Shown: positions 26,915-41,649, counted from the stretch's first letter. The stretch is DNA of 64,000 nt from Lingula anatina (GCA_051362555.1 CM120649.1:4278001-4342000), one strand, 5' to 3'. A program made the numbers and translations. The notes: a model not told the origin generated them from the letters alone.

Positions 26915-29414
26915 TTTTCTGGTACCTGCTGAACTCAACCGGATACAGAGACGAAAGCGAGCCTGAAGATTTTTTCGCGAAACTCAATTACTCGATCGAG
27001 TGGGAATGTATGGTATTATAAGCTAGTTTAGCTAAGGCGGTATTTTAGAAGGGGTCATCCCTTTACGTCCCATCATCGTTATTCCCCGGCACCCTTACTT
27101 CCTCAGTCAAAATTATGATATTACCCATTACCAAACGTCCCTGCGTAGTTACTTCTCCCTATTTTTTAAAACGGCGATTCGAAATAAATTGTCACCTTCC
27201 AACCTCTGCATTTACAGGATGTTATACGAATTTTGTTATATATATATCGCATTTTCATCGGGGAGGAAGTCACGGTGCGGGAACGTAAATGGATGTGACC
27301 TTTCAACGTTAGTCCGTCTAGAAAATCATGACTAAGGCAAAATTTCATGATAAATAATTTGCTCTATGAACATCTCATATACTTAGTATTATTACTGAAA
27401 CACTGGTAACCAGTGGGGGTATATTATTTACGTGTTCTATGAACATCTTTTATATTACTTTTATATAGCCTTTTATATAGCATTATGATACATTGGTTGC
27501 CAAGGAAACTCGCCAATTTAGTCTTTCGTTGAATGGTAGACGTAAGTATTGTGATCCGTGTTGTGTTAAGTCGAGCGATTTTCAGTATTGTTTTCGCACA
27601 AAAAGAAAATTAAAAAACAAATCTATCCGTCACGTACGTGTGCCATATGTGAGCAATATAGACATCTGATGTGTTTTAAATTTAAACGTTAGTCAAGTTC
27701 ACAAACATCACTCAAATCCATTTATCAACGTTCTCTTTCATTAGACAGTTTTTACGGCTGTTGTGTGAACAGTATTAATATTAGCGAGTGCCAACGTGAA
27801 GTATTGCTATGACTATATACCGGTTGATTGCAATACAGGCTTTACAACTTTTTCAATCACAACTGATAATCCAAATGGATCCTGTATGGCATTTTTTACT
27901 GGATGTTGTTTGTTGTTATTGTTATATACACACAGTTGAACACGCTCACAAACATAATGCATAAAAATGTTCGCTACAGTGTAGCGTTAATTTGTCTGTT
28001 GTCATTTTAAGAAATAAATGTTATACATACAAAAATCAAGTGTCTAAGTGGCTGATATGGTTAATTCGTTTTTGATAATACTTAGTTTAAAGGAACACCA
28101 TGCTCTTTAAACCTTTTCCCTGGGAATTATATCAATTCCCTCTATATCACCAAGGTATTCTTTATGAAATTACGATATATAATCCATGTTCGAATTAAGT
28201 TTTAAATAATTTTTTTAACCATCAAGAGTGATATTCAAGTGATTTAGTCACTTTCGTAATGGAGATAAACTTGAATATCACTCTTAAAAAAAAAACAAAA
28301 AAACTGTTGGCATTCCCAGGAAAAAATGAAAATTTCGCTATATTAAGGTTTAACGGTCAATGACTACGTCGAAAAATAGTCAATTTTCCCGATATAGATG
28401 AACTGATAAACCTCACATTATATCTTTTATCTTTATTTAATCATTTTGCAGAAAAAGGAGACCTGAATGCATTTGTCCTTAATTAAAGTAACCCAGTAAA
28501 TTGAAGGCGAAGTCGATTTAAGAAACCTTTGGACTGTCGGTAAGTACCCGAAATAACCGACGTGATGAAAAGCTTATACTATTAAACAGAATAAACCAAT
28601 AATCCCATAATCTAGGGTCCATTAATTCCGAGGATTCGATTCTAGGACAATTTCACGCAAGTCTCCCCCCTCCCCCCCCCCCCCCCCGGAAAATTTCTAG
28701 CAGACAAGTTTATCTCCATTCCACCCCCGGAAAATTCCAAACGGACAATCCCCAATTCAAGGCAAACATTTATCATTTTTCTTATTATCACATTATTCAA
28801 TATGTATGATATTCATTACAGGAGGTGAGAGGATAGTCCAGGGGGATTGTCTTGATACCCTTCCGAGCAGAATTAAGTAGACATCAATATTGTATCTAGC
28901 TGGAGATCTAAATGTTGTTTGGTGTTTATTACATTTGCAACTATTTCAATTTTAGATATCTTCTGTTATTATAGAAATCCATCAATCAAAAACAAAAAAG
29001 TAAGACATTATTTACATATCAGATTTAGCAGATTTAATTTGAAAGTCCTCAAACACGAAATAAATATGTCATTTCCCTTATCATTATTACTATCTTTACC
29101 ATAATCATAAGTTCAGAAAAAAAAATGCCGTTTCAGTTTTCATATAAAACGTGCAGAAATGAGCGTTGGGGTTCCTGAGCGAGAAACAAAGGCTTGGCAC
29201 CGTAGGCTGCTTGCAGACTCATGTTTTTCATCATCTCGTTGAGCTTTTGAAAAGAGAAAAAATGTTTACAACTTTAGAATCAACGTTAAGGCTTTTAACA
29301 TATACGAATAATGCACGAAATATCACAGAGGGGAGGGCAGTTATAATTGAAATGGTGTTCACGTTTATTGACTTGTCTGATGTTCAGGCTCAGCTAAAAA
29401 AAAAAGTTGCCTTA

Positions 29415-29944
29415 GGCCCTGGACGGCATCCTTTCTGCGTCCTTTTGTGACCATGAAACTGGCATCGCTGTGGTGGTAGAAAGGAGGCACAAGCATAGCT
29501 TTGGTTGCAGAATCAGGCCTACCCAACTACCAGACTCGGCACCGAATGATCAAGAATTCACCGGTAGATCAGACCACACTACCCGTTTTCAAGGTGTGTG
29601 TCAGATCGCATAACACAGTATCAGACGCGACACCGCTCTTGCCTAGTACGCGGTGTGATAGTGACGATTCTCAGCGGGGTTGAAAAGCATTGCATCACCA
29701 CTCAAAATTTGTTCAGGGTATGATACTGTGTAATGCGATCTGACACACACCTTGAAAACGGGTAGTGTGGTCTGATCTACCGGTGAATTCTGGATCATTC
29801 GGTGCCGAGTCTGGTAGTTGGGTAGGCCTGAGAATGAATGCTCAATGATCGGCCAGTTGTCGACACGAAAAGTATTATTTTTTTACTCTCAAACGGGGCC
29901 GTACTACAGGACGCAGAAAGGACGCCGTCCTGTGTAAAGGGGAC
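29415..29944. mobile_element. Outer Harbinger-like MITE hosting a nested insertion
   Basis: GGACGGCATCCTTTCTGCGTCCT (29421-29443) is inverted at 29908-29930 with one mismatch; exact termini are degraded. Confidence 0.6.
29514..29830. mobile_element. 317-bp MITE with about 109-bp TIRs and 5-bp TSD
   Basis: CAGGCCTACCCAACTACC... arm 29514-29622 is inverted at 29721-29830; AGAAT duplicated at 29509-29513 and 29831-29835. Confidence 0.9.
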
Positions 29945-30730
29945 TTTACTGTTTCAGTCTACCATTCTGAGTGAAACACGAGGAGGAATGGTAACAGACT
30001 CATGTCATAATTATTTGTCGTAAATATTCTTTCAATCGTTTGCGCCTTTAGCATTTCATAACGTTGGTTATTGAAGACATATTGATACTCACAAACATGC
30101 ATTTGCTTCTACGCCTTAGAAAAGCTCGACCTTAGGACTGCATATTGCTGCGTCTGCATCGGACTGTGTCGAACTACCAAGTGCTCATTTAGAAAGACAG
30201 CTCACACTGCGATAAGTAACTTATTGTCATGCAAATTACATCAGCCGTGGCTAGTTTTATGTGAGAGGTTCTTATTGAAACTGTTCACTAATGTTCAATA
30301 AATTTGGAGGTGATACCTTCACAACGGCACCAGCCGACATACGCTCATAGTTGTGCATATAATTACTATAAACGACGTCACATACGATACTCATGTTTCT
30401 CTTTACCTCGATGTGACCAAGGAGTTGTTGGAGCCTTCATATATTGTTTAGACCATCAGCAACGTTCTTTTGTGATATCATTGATCAGAGAAACGCTTTC
30501 GGCACGTCTTATTCAGGAATATGTTGTAATAAAATTAACAAATTTTACATTAGTTTTTGATAATTAAAAAAGGGTTTCACGTTTTGCATCTTTAATGATT
30601 ACATCTGTTGTGTTAAAAAAATTCCCACAATATTATCAAAATATGACGTGTCGGTTACATTTACCCAAGGAGTTATAACAGACTCCTTGATTTACCCAAG
30701 CAGTGATCGGCGCAGTCGAAGTCGGCAAAT

Positions 30731-30790
<60 letters not shown>
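30731..30790 (+). repeat. 60-nt poly(G) homopolymer
   Basis: Direct inspection. Confidence 0.95.
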
Positions 30791-30792
<2 letters not shown>

Positions 30793-32639
30793 CGGGCTGG
30801 CAGTTCAGAGGTACCGCTTTCTTTCAGAAACGCAACTACACCAAATAATTTCCATCTCTTTGCCCTAAATATTACGTTTGTTTTGTATTTTTGCTAGTGT
30901 TCCCTTTGACAGGGGACCCGCTGTGACAGGAATGGTAATCCTAGGAATGGAAGTCCGGGGTCCCATATGATTAGAATGTCACTGTGCAAAGTAATGGAAA
31001 ACGGACTACAGTTCCTAGCGAACTGCCATACCAGTCACACCGGCACTATAGACTTGGCAGTTATCTTTTGATGTATTATCAACACTTGTGAAATGACAGT
31101 ATCAACGAAGAACATTCTTGATAAATCAAATATTAAAATAGGAGTTCTTTAAAACTGTTTAAATCAAAGATATCTTTAGTTCTCCTCTCATTCAAATGAA
31201 TAAAAAAACACATGCAGAAAATGAAACGAAACACCTCCAGAATTTACATATTTAATCCAGATAAAAAATGACCCTATCACTTAGCCGTGGTAAAGAGGTA
31301 CATGTTGTTAAAAAAATTCAACTGTCAAGTTACTGTTTAATCAAAATAATTATTTTTGCCATATTTAAATTCAGACCAAAACTTATCTTAAAAAAAAAAA
31401 GGAAAAAAAAAAAAAAAAAAAAAAAAAAAACGAAGTTGGAATTGTTTACTGAATACTGTGATCTGAAAAATTGTACTTTAATAAACAATAAATTTTGTCG
31501 GATTCATTTTTCAATTGTGCATTTTGCGTTATTGCTGTGGAGTTTGTTCACTGACTGAGTCTGGCAAGTAAATTTTGGAAACATAATTTCTTATGAACAA
31601 AAACTATACATTGCTTACAAGTATAAATCTCCCAACTCTTTACAAAACGTAATTCTAATTCAATAAATCATCAACATACACAAAACATTTTACCTTTTGT
31701 TTAAAAAATTGATAAAACTTTTTTACTGGCAAAGTTATCAAAACACTATTAATTCTTCAAGATAACATCAATATCTTTTACCATTTTCTCCTGAAAAGAT
31801 AGTAGATAGAACCTTTCCATATAATAATTTAAATAAAATAAACACAATATTATGTAAGATAATACAATAAATAATAATTTTACAAGAATGGCAGTAAACA
31901 TATCTTCATTCTCTAGTTCTAGTACTTCAACTAAAAACAATGTAAAAGTAAATTTCAAGGTTCTTTACATATAACAATGAAAACCTATTTCACTTCACTT
32001 GCCGAGAGAGAGAGAGAGAGAGTCTCCAATCATAATTTTGCTATTATAACAAAAATAAACCAAAGGAAAGTAAGCACTAAGAAATCTTAACAGTAAGTAA
32101 AATGCTGATGGAAAAATAGATGGATTCTATAAATTACATTGTAGCAAATCAAATTTTACTTGCATCCTGCCTAATATTAATATGTACATATTAATATTTC
32201 TTCATTTTAGTTATGTCACTAACATTCTTCTTGAAAAATTTGGGCCCTGCCCTCCCATTTGAGACACCAAGAACTTTAGCACCATTTTGAATATGACATC
32301 TTACAATGTTGTGTAACCAGAGTTTCAATTATTGAAAAAAAATATATATATTTGGAATCATTCAGAAAACTGATATTTTCTGAACTTCTGCATAATGTCA
32401 ACATTTTCTAAGATGGTGCAATTATGAAAAAAAAATGTTGACCTCATTTTACATATTTTTTTCTTTAATTTTTGTGCAAGGAAGCCATTGATTTGAGAGA
32501 ATAGTAACTTACAATGTTACAAACTATCTGCATTGTAAACACGCAATTCATTGTGGCAAGAAAATCTTGTAATAACAGTGGTACATGCAAGTGGCAAATA
32601 TTTTTCACCACAGCTGACATACAGGACTGGCCCATCTAA

Positions 32640-33275
32640 CCTGCATTTAGGGACCATTCCAATTGCCTATTGTATTAACTCTGGATCGATCTATCTCCAA
32701 GGGGATTCTCACTAAAGGCTGCATTTAGGGACCATTCCCAGAGCCTATCCTATTAACTTTGGATTAATCTATTTCCAAGGGGATTCTCACTAAAGGCTGC
32801 ATTTAGGGACCATTCCCAGAGCCTTTTGTATTAACTTTGGATCGATCTATCTCCAAGGGGATACTCACTAAATTGTTATCAAGTAAAGCTTCTTACACCC
32901 CATTTCCATAGATTTTAGATCGATCTATCCCTGCGGGGAGTCTCACTAGATTACTGTCAGCTTAGCCGGCTTAAGCGTCTGTCCCGCCTACTCAAAGCTG
33001 TAAAGGGGTAATTAACTATGGTGCGCCCTCGGCTGACTGCAATTTAGCGTGAACCCCCAAGGAGTTAGGTCGATCTAAATCTTAATCCCTGGATCTATCT
33101 AAATCTCTTGGAATGCACCCTTAGACATCTCATATGACCACTGATGCTATCGTTCAGTGGCTTCAATAGGCGTGCCAGACATCTAAGCCACTGAAGCTAA
33201 CAGCAATTTGGCGAGAAACCCCTTGGAGATGGATCGATCCTGTTAGATTGATCTAGGCATGATAACCCAGTCTTA
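32640..33275. mobile_element. Cluster of Harbinger-like MITE pieces: three tandem 78-79-bp end fragments plus a nested copy at about 32895-33122
   Basis: CTGCATTTAGGGACCATTCC...CCAAGGGGATTCTCACTAAA repeated three times; 32895-33122 is the reverse-complement relative of 55210-55427. Confidence 0.7.
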
Positions 33276-33625
33276 GACACAAATGGAACAGGGACTGTCC
33301 CCAACTTCCATGTGTAAAGACACAAATTTTGACAGACAACATCCCAAACATATTGTCATCCTTCACAAACTCTCCATAGGCTTTCTTCAATGAAGCTGCA
33401 CCTTCGGCTACTCCTCAATGGGGAATGAAAGCAAAATGCTGATATCTGATATCTGAAGAGATTCAGATCCAAATGTTATTCCTGCATAACAAGAGCCAAG
33501 CACCTGTTGATGACCCGATGGTGGTGAACTTGTGATAAATTATATAATAACGTTATAATTCTTGGTTATTCACGGTGGTCTGTCAGTGCTCATGATATAT
33601 GGATGAGAAAATGCTTTCTTTGTGG

Positions 33626-35075
33626 TCAGTATACTTTATTCAGCTGTTCATAAGCCATAAAGAACTGAAAAAATGGGTTAAGAAAAATATTTCTCAGTAT
33701 TTTTTTTTCTGATTTCAAAATAAAATCTTATATGTCTTAATTAGACTGATTACAATCAAAGACACATGAATAAGTTAATTAAATTGTTCAACAAAACCAA
33801 AAAACTCTGCTTGACTCGACTCTGGTAGACAGCAGAAGCAGTCAAATGTACAGACATGTGTCTGCATCTAAAGTTCCTTTGTAGAAAATAATCAAAACAT
33901 GAAAGAAATGAAAATTAACATTGAAGTGTATTTCTTGGCTCAATTTTATCCATTCAAGGGGAACAAACCAAAATAAATAAATGACGAAAAATCAAATTAG
34001 GTAAAAATATATAAAAGATTAAATAAAAAGGATACAATTACGTTCCAAGGACCTAACCTAACCCACGTAGGTATAAATCCTTTGTACAGTGCAAAAAAAC
34101 CTTCTGTCCTGACGGTCTGAAAAATAAATAGTACAGCCATTGAAAAAAATAACAATAAAATAAAATGATAGGACTCCAAGAGTGAACATTTGCCAAGGAA
34201 AAGGCAATAAAATTCTTTAGAAAATATTAAGAGTGGAAGGTTTAATTTGTGAGTGCCTCTTTCTTTTTTATTTCTTGAATTACTGTCTATCTTGAAAATT
34301 TCAAGATTTGTGCAGAACTTCATGAGATATCTTGTTCACCCACAAATAGATAGACAATGACCAGAGATGAAAACACAGCCTCACACTAAGGCAAATGTAA
34401 TCATAACTAAATTAAAGGTCTAATTTGAAAGTCTTTTGTCTTTACTTGTTAAAAAAGCTTCCATTTATTTGAACCACACTAGTTTCATTTCAGTGAAGGC
34501 AGTGATGTATTTTAATTAAGGCTAAAGTAAAGATTACAACAAATTTGAGAAAAATCTTAATGCTTCTTAACTGACACATTATGTTAAGGGGCATTTGTAT
34601 GTTTGCATGTTGTATGTGTAAGTGTGTATATATGTGTGTACGTGGGTGGCTCAAGCTTAAGTGCACCAAGTATTGTTTAGCCGTATTTCCCTTTAAAGGT
34701 ACATACGAACCGAGCATTGGTGGAGTGTGGATTCCAAGTAACACATGTAAACCACTTCTACTAGATTCTTATTTGACTCAAATAATTTTGACATGCCAAG
34801 GGATAAACTGAATAGATCACTCCATCAGCCGTAAAAGACCTTTAGACTGCTCCTTTCTTTAAATTTATGGTTGTAAATTTAACCTACTTCCTTGACCTAC
34901 TTTTCTGCCCCATTGACATACAGCTTAGAATGCCAGCAGAAAAATCTGTTCAAACATCATTTTTGGGTAAAATTAAACAATGCCTTTTGGTAATTCTCTT
35001 AGTTATACTACTTGAAACTATATGCTGGCTTTTGGTTGGATTTTGTGACAAAAAATTGACTTTGTATGCATCTTT

Positions 35076-35115
<40 letters not shown>

Positions 35116-38100
35116 GTGGCTTACCTGTACCAAACACTGCACTGAACTACTGTAAATTGCTTTGGCTTGTTTTCCCTTTAGTTTTCTTTGGTTCATCATC
35201 CGAGTCTGAAACGGTTAAAGCAATAATAACTCTTCCTTTGAGATTCAAAAATCCGCATGAAATACATTGTAAACAACGCATGGAAATATATTCTATTGTA
35301 TTTTACCACTAAAACGGCCGTTATTGTAGGAAAACTAAAATCTGTGCTTGTCAATAGGGCTTTCGATCCCTTTTTTTCCGGTCGACAAGTGCATTCGTTG
35401 CTAATGACGTAATGGTGTCACGCGGATTCTCACGTTCATTCGAGACCAAAATAACATGGCGGGAAACCCTCAGACATAAGTTGCGAGTTTTTGTACAGTG
35501 CGTCGGATAACGAAAAGCCCAGAATGGCACACATTGTGGATATAAATGCATTTTTTAACAAAAAGACGAATATATCTCATGAATCTTATATAGTGCTGTT
35601 GTTGTCTGCTTTTCCCGCGGTTTTAAGTAGGTCACCAGACTTTGCAGTGTCAGAGAGAGCTCCGTCAGTTAAAATCTCTTAAGAGATTTTAACAAAAAAC
35701 CGTACGTTTAGGAAAAAAACCCTGGATTAACTTTGAATGCAGGAATGGGGTCGTTGGCCATTGGTAAGTACGGGAAAATTGCCGTTTTTTCCAGGAAAAT
35801 CCAATTTTTGGCCAAAATGAAGAGTTATTAGGACTTTAATTTAAAACATAACATGAATCAATAAAATTCCAAGTTATTTTTAGTGATCAAATAGATAAAA
35901 GAAAATTAACAAGAACAGAACAAAATGCAACTATTGTAACATATGATGATATGAAGCACAAAAAATAACAAACTGAACCACCAAAAGCTATACTGCCCAT
36001 TATATCCTCTCTACACTTTTTACCATCGCCACATCAACAGGGTTAAAAGGCTCTAGCATCAGCTAGACCAGCTATACTACATGTACTATATCCTCACTAT
36101 AGTACTAACCTTAACTACATCAACAGGGTTAGAGGCTATAGCACCAGCTAGACCAGCTATACTGCTCGATCTGAAAATAAAGGAAAATAATCAATAGAAT
36201 TTTGAATTTTTTTTATTGGCTCTCTGCTTTAACTGTTTTATTGTCATATCTGAACCAACAAATTGTTTCTCTATAATATATTTTTAAGAACCGAGATGAT
36301 GCCCTTACAGTGAACAAAGGCTGTGTGCTATTCTTATATTTGTCTACAACTATTTTTAACACAAATTTCTATACATATTGTACAGAATCATCATTTGTTT
36401 GGTGCATTTGTTTACAATAAAATCTTACAATTCAAATATGTGTCATTACTAAAATATTCATATCATTCATATCTTTTCACATATTACTCCAACTTTAAGA
36501 GAAATAAATTCAAAACATACTTAATTACTTATATAATAACATTACATAACAGATAAAAACATTTTCAAATTGCTTTTTTTATTACATACATATATTTCAA
36601 TTTTCAAGATTGATATCAATATAATCAACAGCTCTTTAGCTGGCTATACTCCTGATACTCACATAAAATGTGTGGATGGGGTGTCACCCATGATGCCATA
36701 CTTGTGGATGAAAAGATATTTAGCTAAATCATATATCGGTAGTTCCACACCCACTACGATCCCTGCTCGCTGGGCGGTGCAACTCACTCCCTGTAAACAG
36801 GCCACATTTATGTCTGTGAGGTGTATACGGGACCATTCAGATCGAGAAAAGCCGAGTGCTAGTAAGGCCGCAACCTAAATATGGCAGACCTACATGAAAG
36901 GAAGACCACTAATCCTGTAATGGTTTTTCTGCCTCTCACATTCCTCCCGTTGTCCCTCGACCAGTTGAATTGAGCCAAGATTTAATTACTGTGCCCCTGC
37001 AGGGACGAAGCGTGGGGAGGCATGTGAGAGGCGGAAAAACCATTACAGGATTAGCGGTCTTCCTTTCATGTAGGTCTGCCATATTTAGGTCGCGGCCTTA
37101 CTAGCACTGGGCTCTTCTCGATCTGAATTGTCCCTATGGTTCTGATGAGAGAATTTCTGAACAATGTAATACTATGAGCGCATTCAGAACAGTGACCTAA
37201 TAAAATAGCTTGCTGTTTAATTCCCGATTAGACACTAAACAGGGTTCCTGCGGGGATTACGCAACAAGCATTCAAGTGGGTCAGCCATATTTGATCTGCG
37301 GATTTGTTACTCTGCTGTTCTGAATGCGGTCTTTGGCAGATGTCAAGAACAAACAACCCAGGTGCGAGTAACAGGTATTCATGCATGTGAGATAAGGCAT
37401 AATTAGATCTTTTGTGCTTGACACCATTATCATATAACAATGCTTCTATGTGAGAAATCTTAAACAACCACATCAGATTTTGCAGGACTATTGTATTTTG
37501 ATACTTGAATATTGAATTTTAAATTACTTGGTCATTTAAATAATAATTTGTACTGGCATTTGTTACTTATATTATAGTCAAATCTTTTTAAAGAATTTTC
37601 CCTTATGCTGCATAATTTCAAGATATAACATTCTCTATTTCTAAATGAGCTAAAAATTAAATTAATTTATAAATATTATCATGCATCAGCAAGTGATTCT
37701 TCTAACTGCAAACCTTTGTATGATCTTAACATCGTTTCAACTTCCTTTTCTCAGCAGCCAAGAAGAATGTGCACAAAAAAAAAAAAAAAATAAAAAAAAA
37801 AAATAAAAAAAAAAATAAATAAATAAGTGCTCACCCTCCAAAGCCCCTTAACCCCCTCCTTGGTGTAGATATCTTTAAAAGACTGGAACACCCCTAGTTG
37901 TTCACTGGAGTGACCTTGGGCCTGCATACGGACCTGGGAAAGGGAAAAATTAGTGTGATAATTTAAGAGTCTAATGTTTAATGGCAATCAGGTGTTACAC
38001 CTTTAAAAGTCACAAGTAAATGATTTTTTCTGGAAATTTCAGCATTTCTTTCTTTATCACCAATATACGTATGACACATATGAATAACCATAAAAAACCT

Positions 38101-38829
38101 GTATTTGAGTTTTCGTAACAGTAAAAGTTAGAAAACTTTGAACCTTTAATTGGATTTATTGCTTGAAATATTCTGAGCAGTTAAGGATAAAGTATACTCT
38201 GAAAGTAAAATTGGTTGATTTTCTGGGAAAATTGATTTTCTTTCCTATATGCATGCCTGGAATGCACTATATACTTTCTTAAGTACGTAAAAAGTATTGT
38301 GTAACAATTTGTTAATTGTGGCACATTGATTGCGTTAGTTGTGACAGTGCTGAGACATACAATTTACTGAGATGTCTCACCTTGAGCACATCTGTAGGAT
38401 TGTGTTAGTTGTGACAGTGCTGAGACATGCAATTTACTAAATGATATATCTCACCTGGAGCACATCTGTGGGATTGCATTAGTTGTGACAGAGCTGAGAC
38501 ACATTTAATAAATAAATCTCACCTTGAGCACATCTGTAGGATTGTGTTAGTTGTGACAGTGCTGAGACATGCAATTTACTAAATGATATATCTCACCTGG
38601 AGCACATCTGTGGGATTGCATTAGTTGTGACAGAGCTGAGACACATTTAATAAATAAATCTCACCTTGAGCACATCTCTGGGATTGCATTAGTTGTGACA
38701 GAGCTGAGACACATTTAATAACTAATAAATCTCACCTTGAGCACATCTGTGGGATTGGCAAGTGAGCTTGAAACAACACCGGCTACTATACCACAGAACA
38801 CATTGACTAGGAGACTCTCATCTGCAAAT

Positions 38830-38860
<31 letters not shown>

Positions 38861-41598
38861 TAATAATAATAAATAAATAAATAAATAACCATGGTCTTCC
38901 CTAAGTTAAGACTGAAGCAATTGAGGCACTTGTCAAGGCTGGTATTTTCAAAAATATTTGCCCATTACCTTTCTGGACCAGGTCACCATCACAGATTTCA
39001 ACATACCTCATCACAAAACTGAATACATTGACCGAGATCTCGGAGTGAGGTTACATAATAGATTACAATATATATATAGGACAAAGTCATATCTTCTTGA
39101 CACTTATTACCTCTTCCACAGAAGATCATAATTAATTACCCTCAGAGAATAATTTCATCAGCTGTGAGAATAAAAATAACTGGGAATTATGATTTGCAGG
39201 TGAATTGGTCCTATCCAGGAGAAAAGCTCCCTCCCCCATCCTCCCACAAACACACACGAAACTACTGCCTTAGAAAAGGCTTATATTTTCACAACAGTTT
39301 GTTTCTCCATTTGTTTTAACAAACAAAATGGACAAAATCTATTTCAAATTTCTTCATAAATATACCAAACTTTGTAAGGCAGTACAATAGCACAAATTGT
39401 GTGTGTGTGTGTGTGTGTGTGTGTATTTAAAACAGCAGTTATGGAGGAAGTCAAAAACAAATGAGCCAGAGGAAGTATATCTTGGACACACACACAGCAC
39501 ATAATGAATGCCAGTCTCAAGATGAAGGGTAATCTTCAGGTAGACCGTAGTTCAATATATACATATTATGGTACTGTATGTATACTACAACAAGATACTG
39601 CCTCCACTGGCTCTGAGAGGTCAGTTAAATATGGACAACTTGTGATAGATGATATATATACATAAATACCCTGGCCAGTAGATACAGGTAAACCACCTGT
39701 GGAGCATTTAGCATAATAAATACCTTGTTATTTGATATACATTGGTCACTAAATCTTTTATCATTATCACTAGTATATCATCATTTATTTTACTATTATT
39801 ATTAAATTTTTTGGGTTGGGGTGGGGGGGGGGGCAGAATGTCTAACTCAAGTATGAGCTAATAAATATGCTTGGCCAATTTTATTTGAACTGGGTAAGAA
39901 AAAGAACCTGATGTAATTCTTCATCTAATTTACATATACCAGCATAACTGCGCTCAGTTTTTAATATCTTTAAATCTTTATCAGTGTTAACTTATTGCAT
40001 TTAACCATTTCTCTCTGATATTGTTAATAAAAGATACAAATCCTACTCCATTTGTGCATCAATATAAAACCATTCAATTAACAGTTTTTAAACTATTTGA
40101 TGGCTGTAGAGACTTGTTTTTCATTTAGTACAAACAAAGGTAAAAGCTTGTATATACATGCACTGTTATTTCAGTAAATTGTAACAACTGAGAATATTTC
40201 ATTTCCTGGGCCTTTGTCCATATGGATATTTTATTTACTAATTTCCTATCATTTATTGATTTTATACTTACTGTCTATAGGTTGGTTAAAGACTGATGAC
40301 TCTCCGAAATTTGTGTTTTCTTAACATACAATTTTTATCAGGCATATCAACTAAATGTCAGAACAGTCAGTTTAGTTGTTATCCTTTTCTTTTATTTAAT
40401 TTATGGCGGGGGGAAATGTCATAGCCACAATATGATTGATTTATGAACATAAATTATCAGCTTTAAGGGGTCAATTGCAAAAAAATTCCATTTACTAAAC
40501 CAACACACACACAAGAAAAAAAAAAGGAAAAAAAAATCTCTTATTCTAAATATGAGGGCCTGTCTGCACGTCTGCCTGGCCTAACCTCAAACAGCAAATA
40601 CCTAATGCTTTAATATACAGCTGTATGTCTACACCCGGACCTTGTAACATTAGCTGAAGTCGGGGTAAAGACCAAGGGTTCAACTCAAAATATAACTTAG
40701 GATTACCAGTTGATCTGAACTTTAAAAATCACATTTGTCTTCACCTTTAATTCTGGAATAATTCTCAGCAGCCAACTTTAACAAAGTAGCCATCTGACAA
40801 AAATATTAACCATTTTTTATTAAAAAATATTTCACTTCCATGAACTACTACTGGATCAAAAAGTAGACTGAAACTTTCAGTGTTTAAGTTAAGACAAACT
40901 TTCTGTCTCAAGTTGTATTTGGGAAAACAGGCCTCTGGACTTTTGTAGTTAGCAGAATGTTTAAACAACCAAAAAAAAAAACTTAATATACTGAACTGCT
41001 TTGGAGCATTGCTGACAGTAAGCAGAGCGTTTCAAATTCTGGTTCAAAACAGTAAACTTTCTGAACACTTGCAAAGTTACAGCATTCAATCTGGGTCAGA
41101 TCCCCAGTGCCAAAAGCTTAATGTTGTGTTTTTCTATTTAAGGCAAGTGGCCTAAAAATGAGGCCATAATTAAATTATAGTGTTCGAGGGTGTTGATCCT
41201 TCTAAAGAACACATAATACTGGCCTTCCCTCCTACAGTCATGAAAAAACTTGCAGAAAAGCAAAATAATTTTTTGTCCTCTTGTGGATTTTCTAATTTGT
41301 ACACCACAGAAATTGATGAAGAAAATAAATATAAATAATTTGGTTGTTTACCTAAGTCTGAATGTGATCAGTGTTTATAAATCAAGGCAGAGACATCTAA
41401 CCAACAATCAAGAAAGCAATCTATTACTTACCTTTAGGATCTGCGCAAAAATATCTCTTCATTGAGTGATAAATTCCAATCTTTATTGTCCCATATGAGG
41501 CTTGGCGAAGCAATGCTGGTGCAATACTGGAATTTAAAGTATCAAAATTAAAAATCATTGGTAAATTCATTTCATAACTAATTCACAAGAACTAAACA

Positions 41599-41649
<51 letters not shown>

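Noticed and set aside
30648-30897. Poly-Gly ORFs
   Set aside because: Produced by the poly(G) run, whose length may also be a sequencing artefact.
38328-38757. CRISPR-like regularly spaced repeats
   Set aside because: The intervening sequences are themselves repeated, the repeat derives from the adjacent exon, the context is eukaryotic and there are no cas genes.
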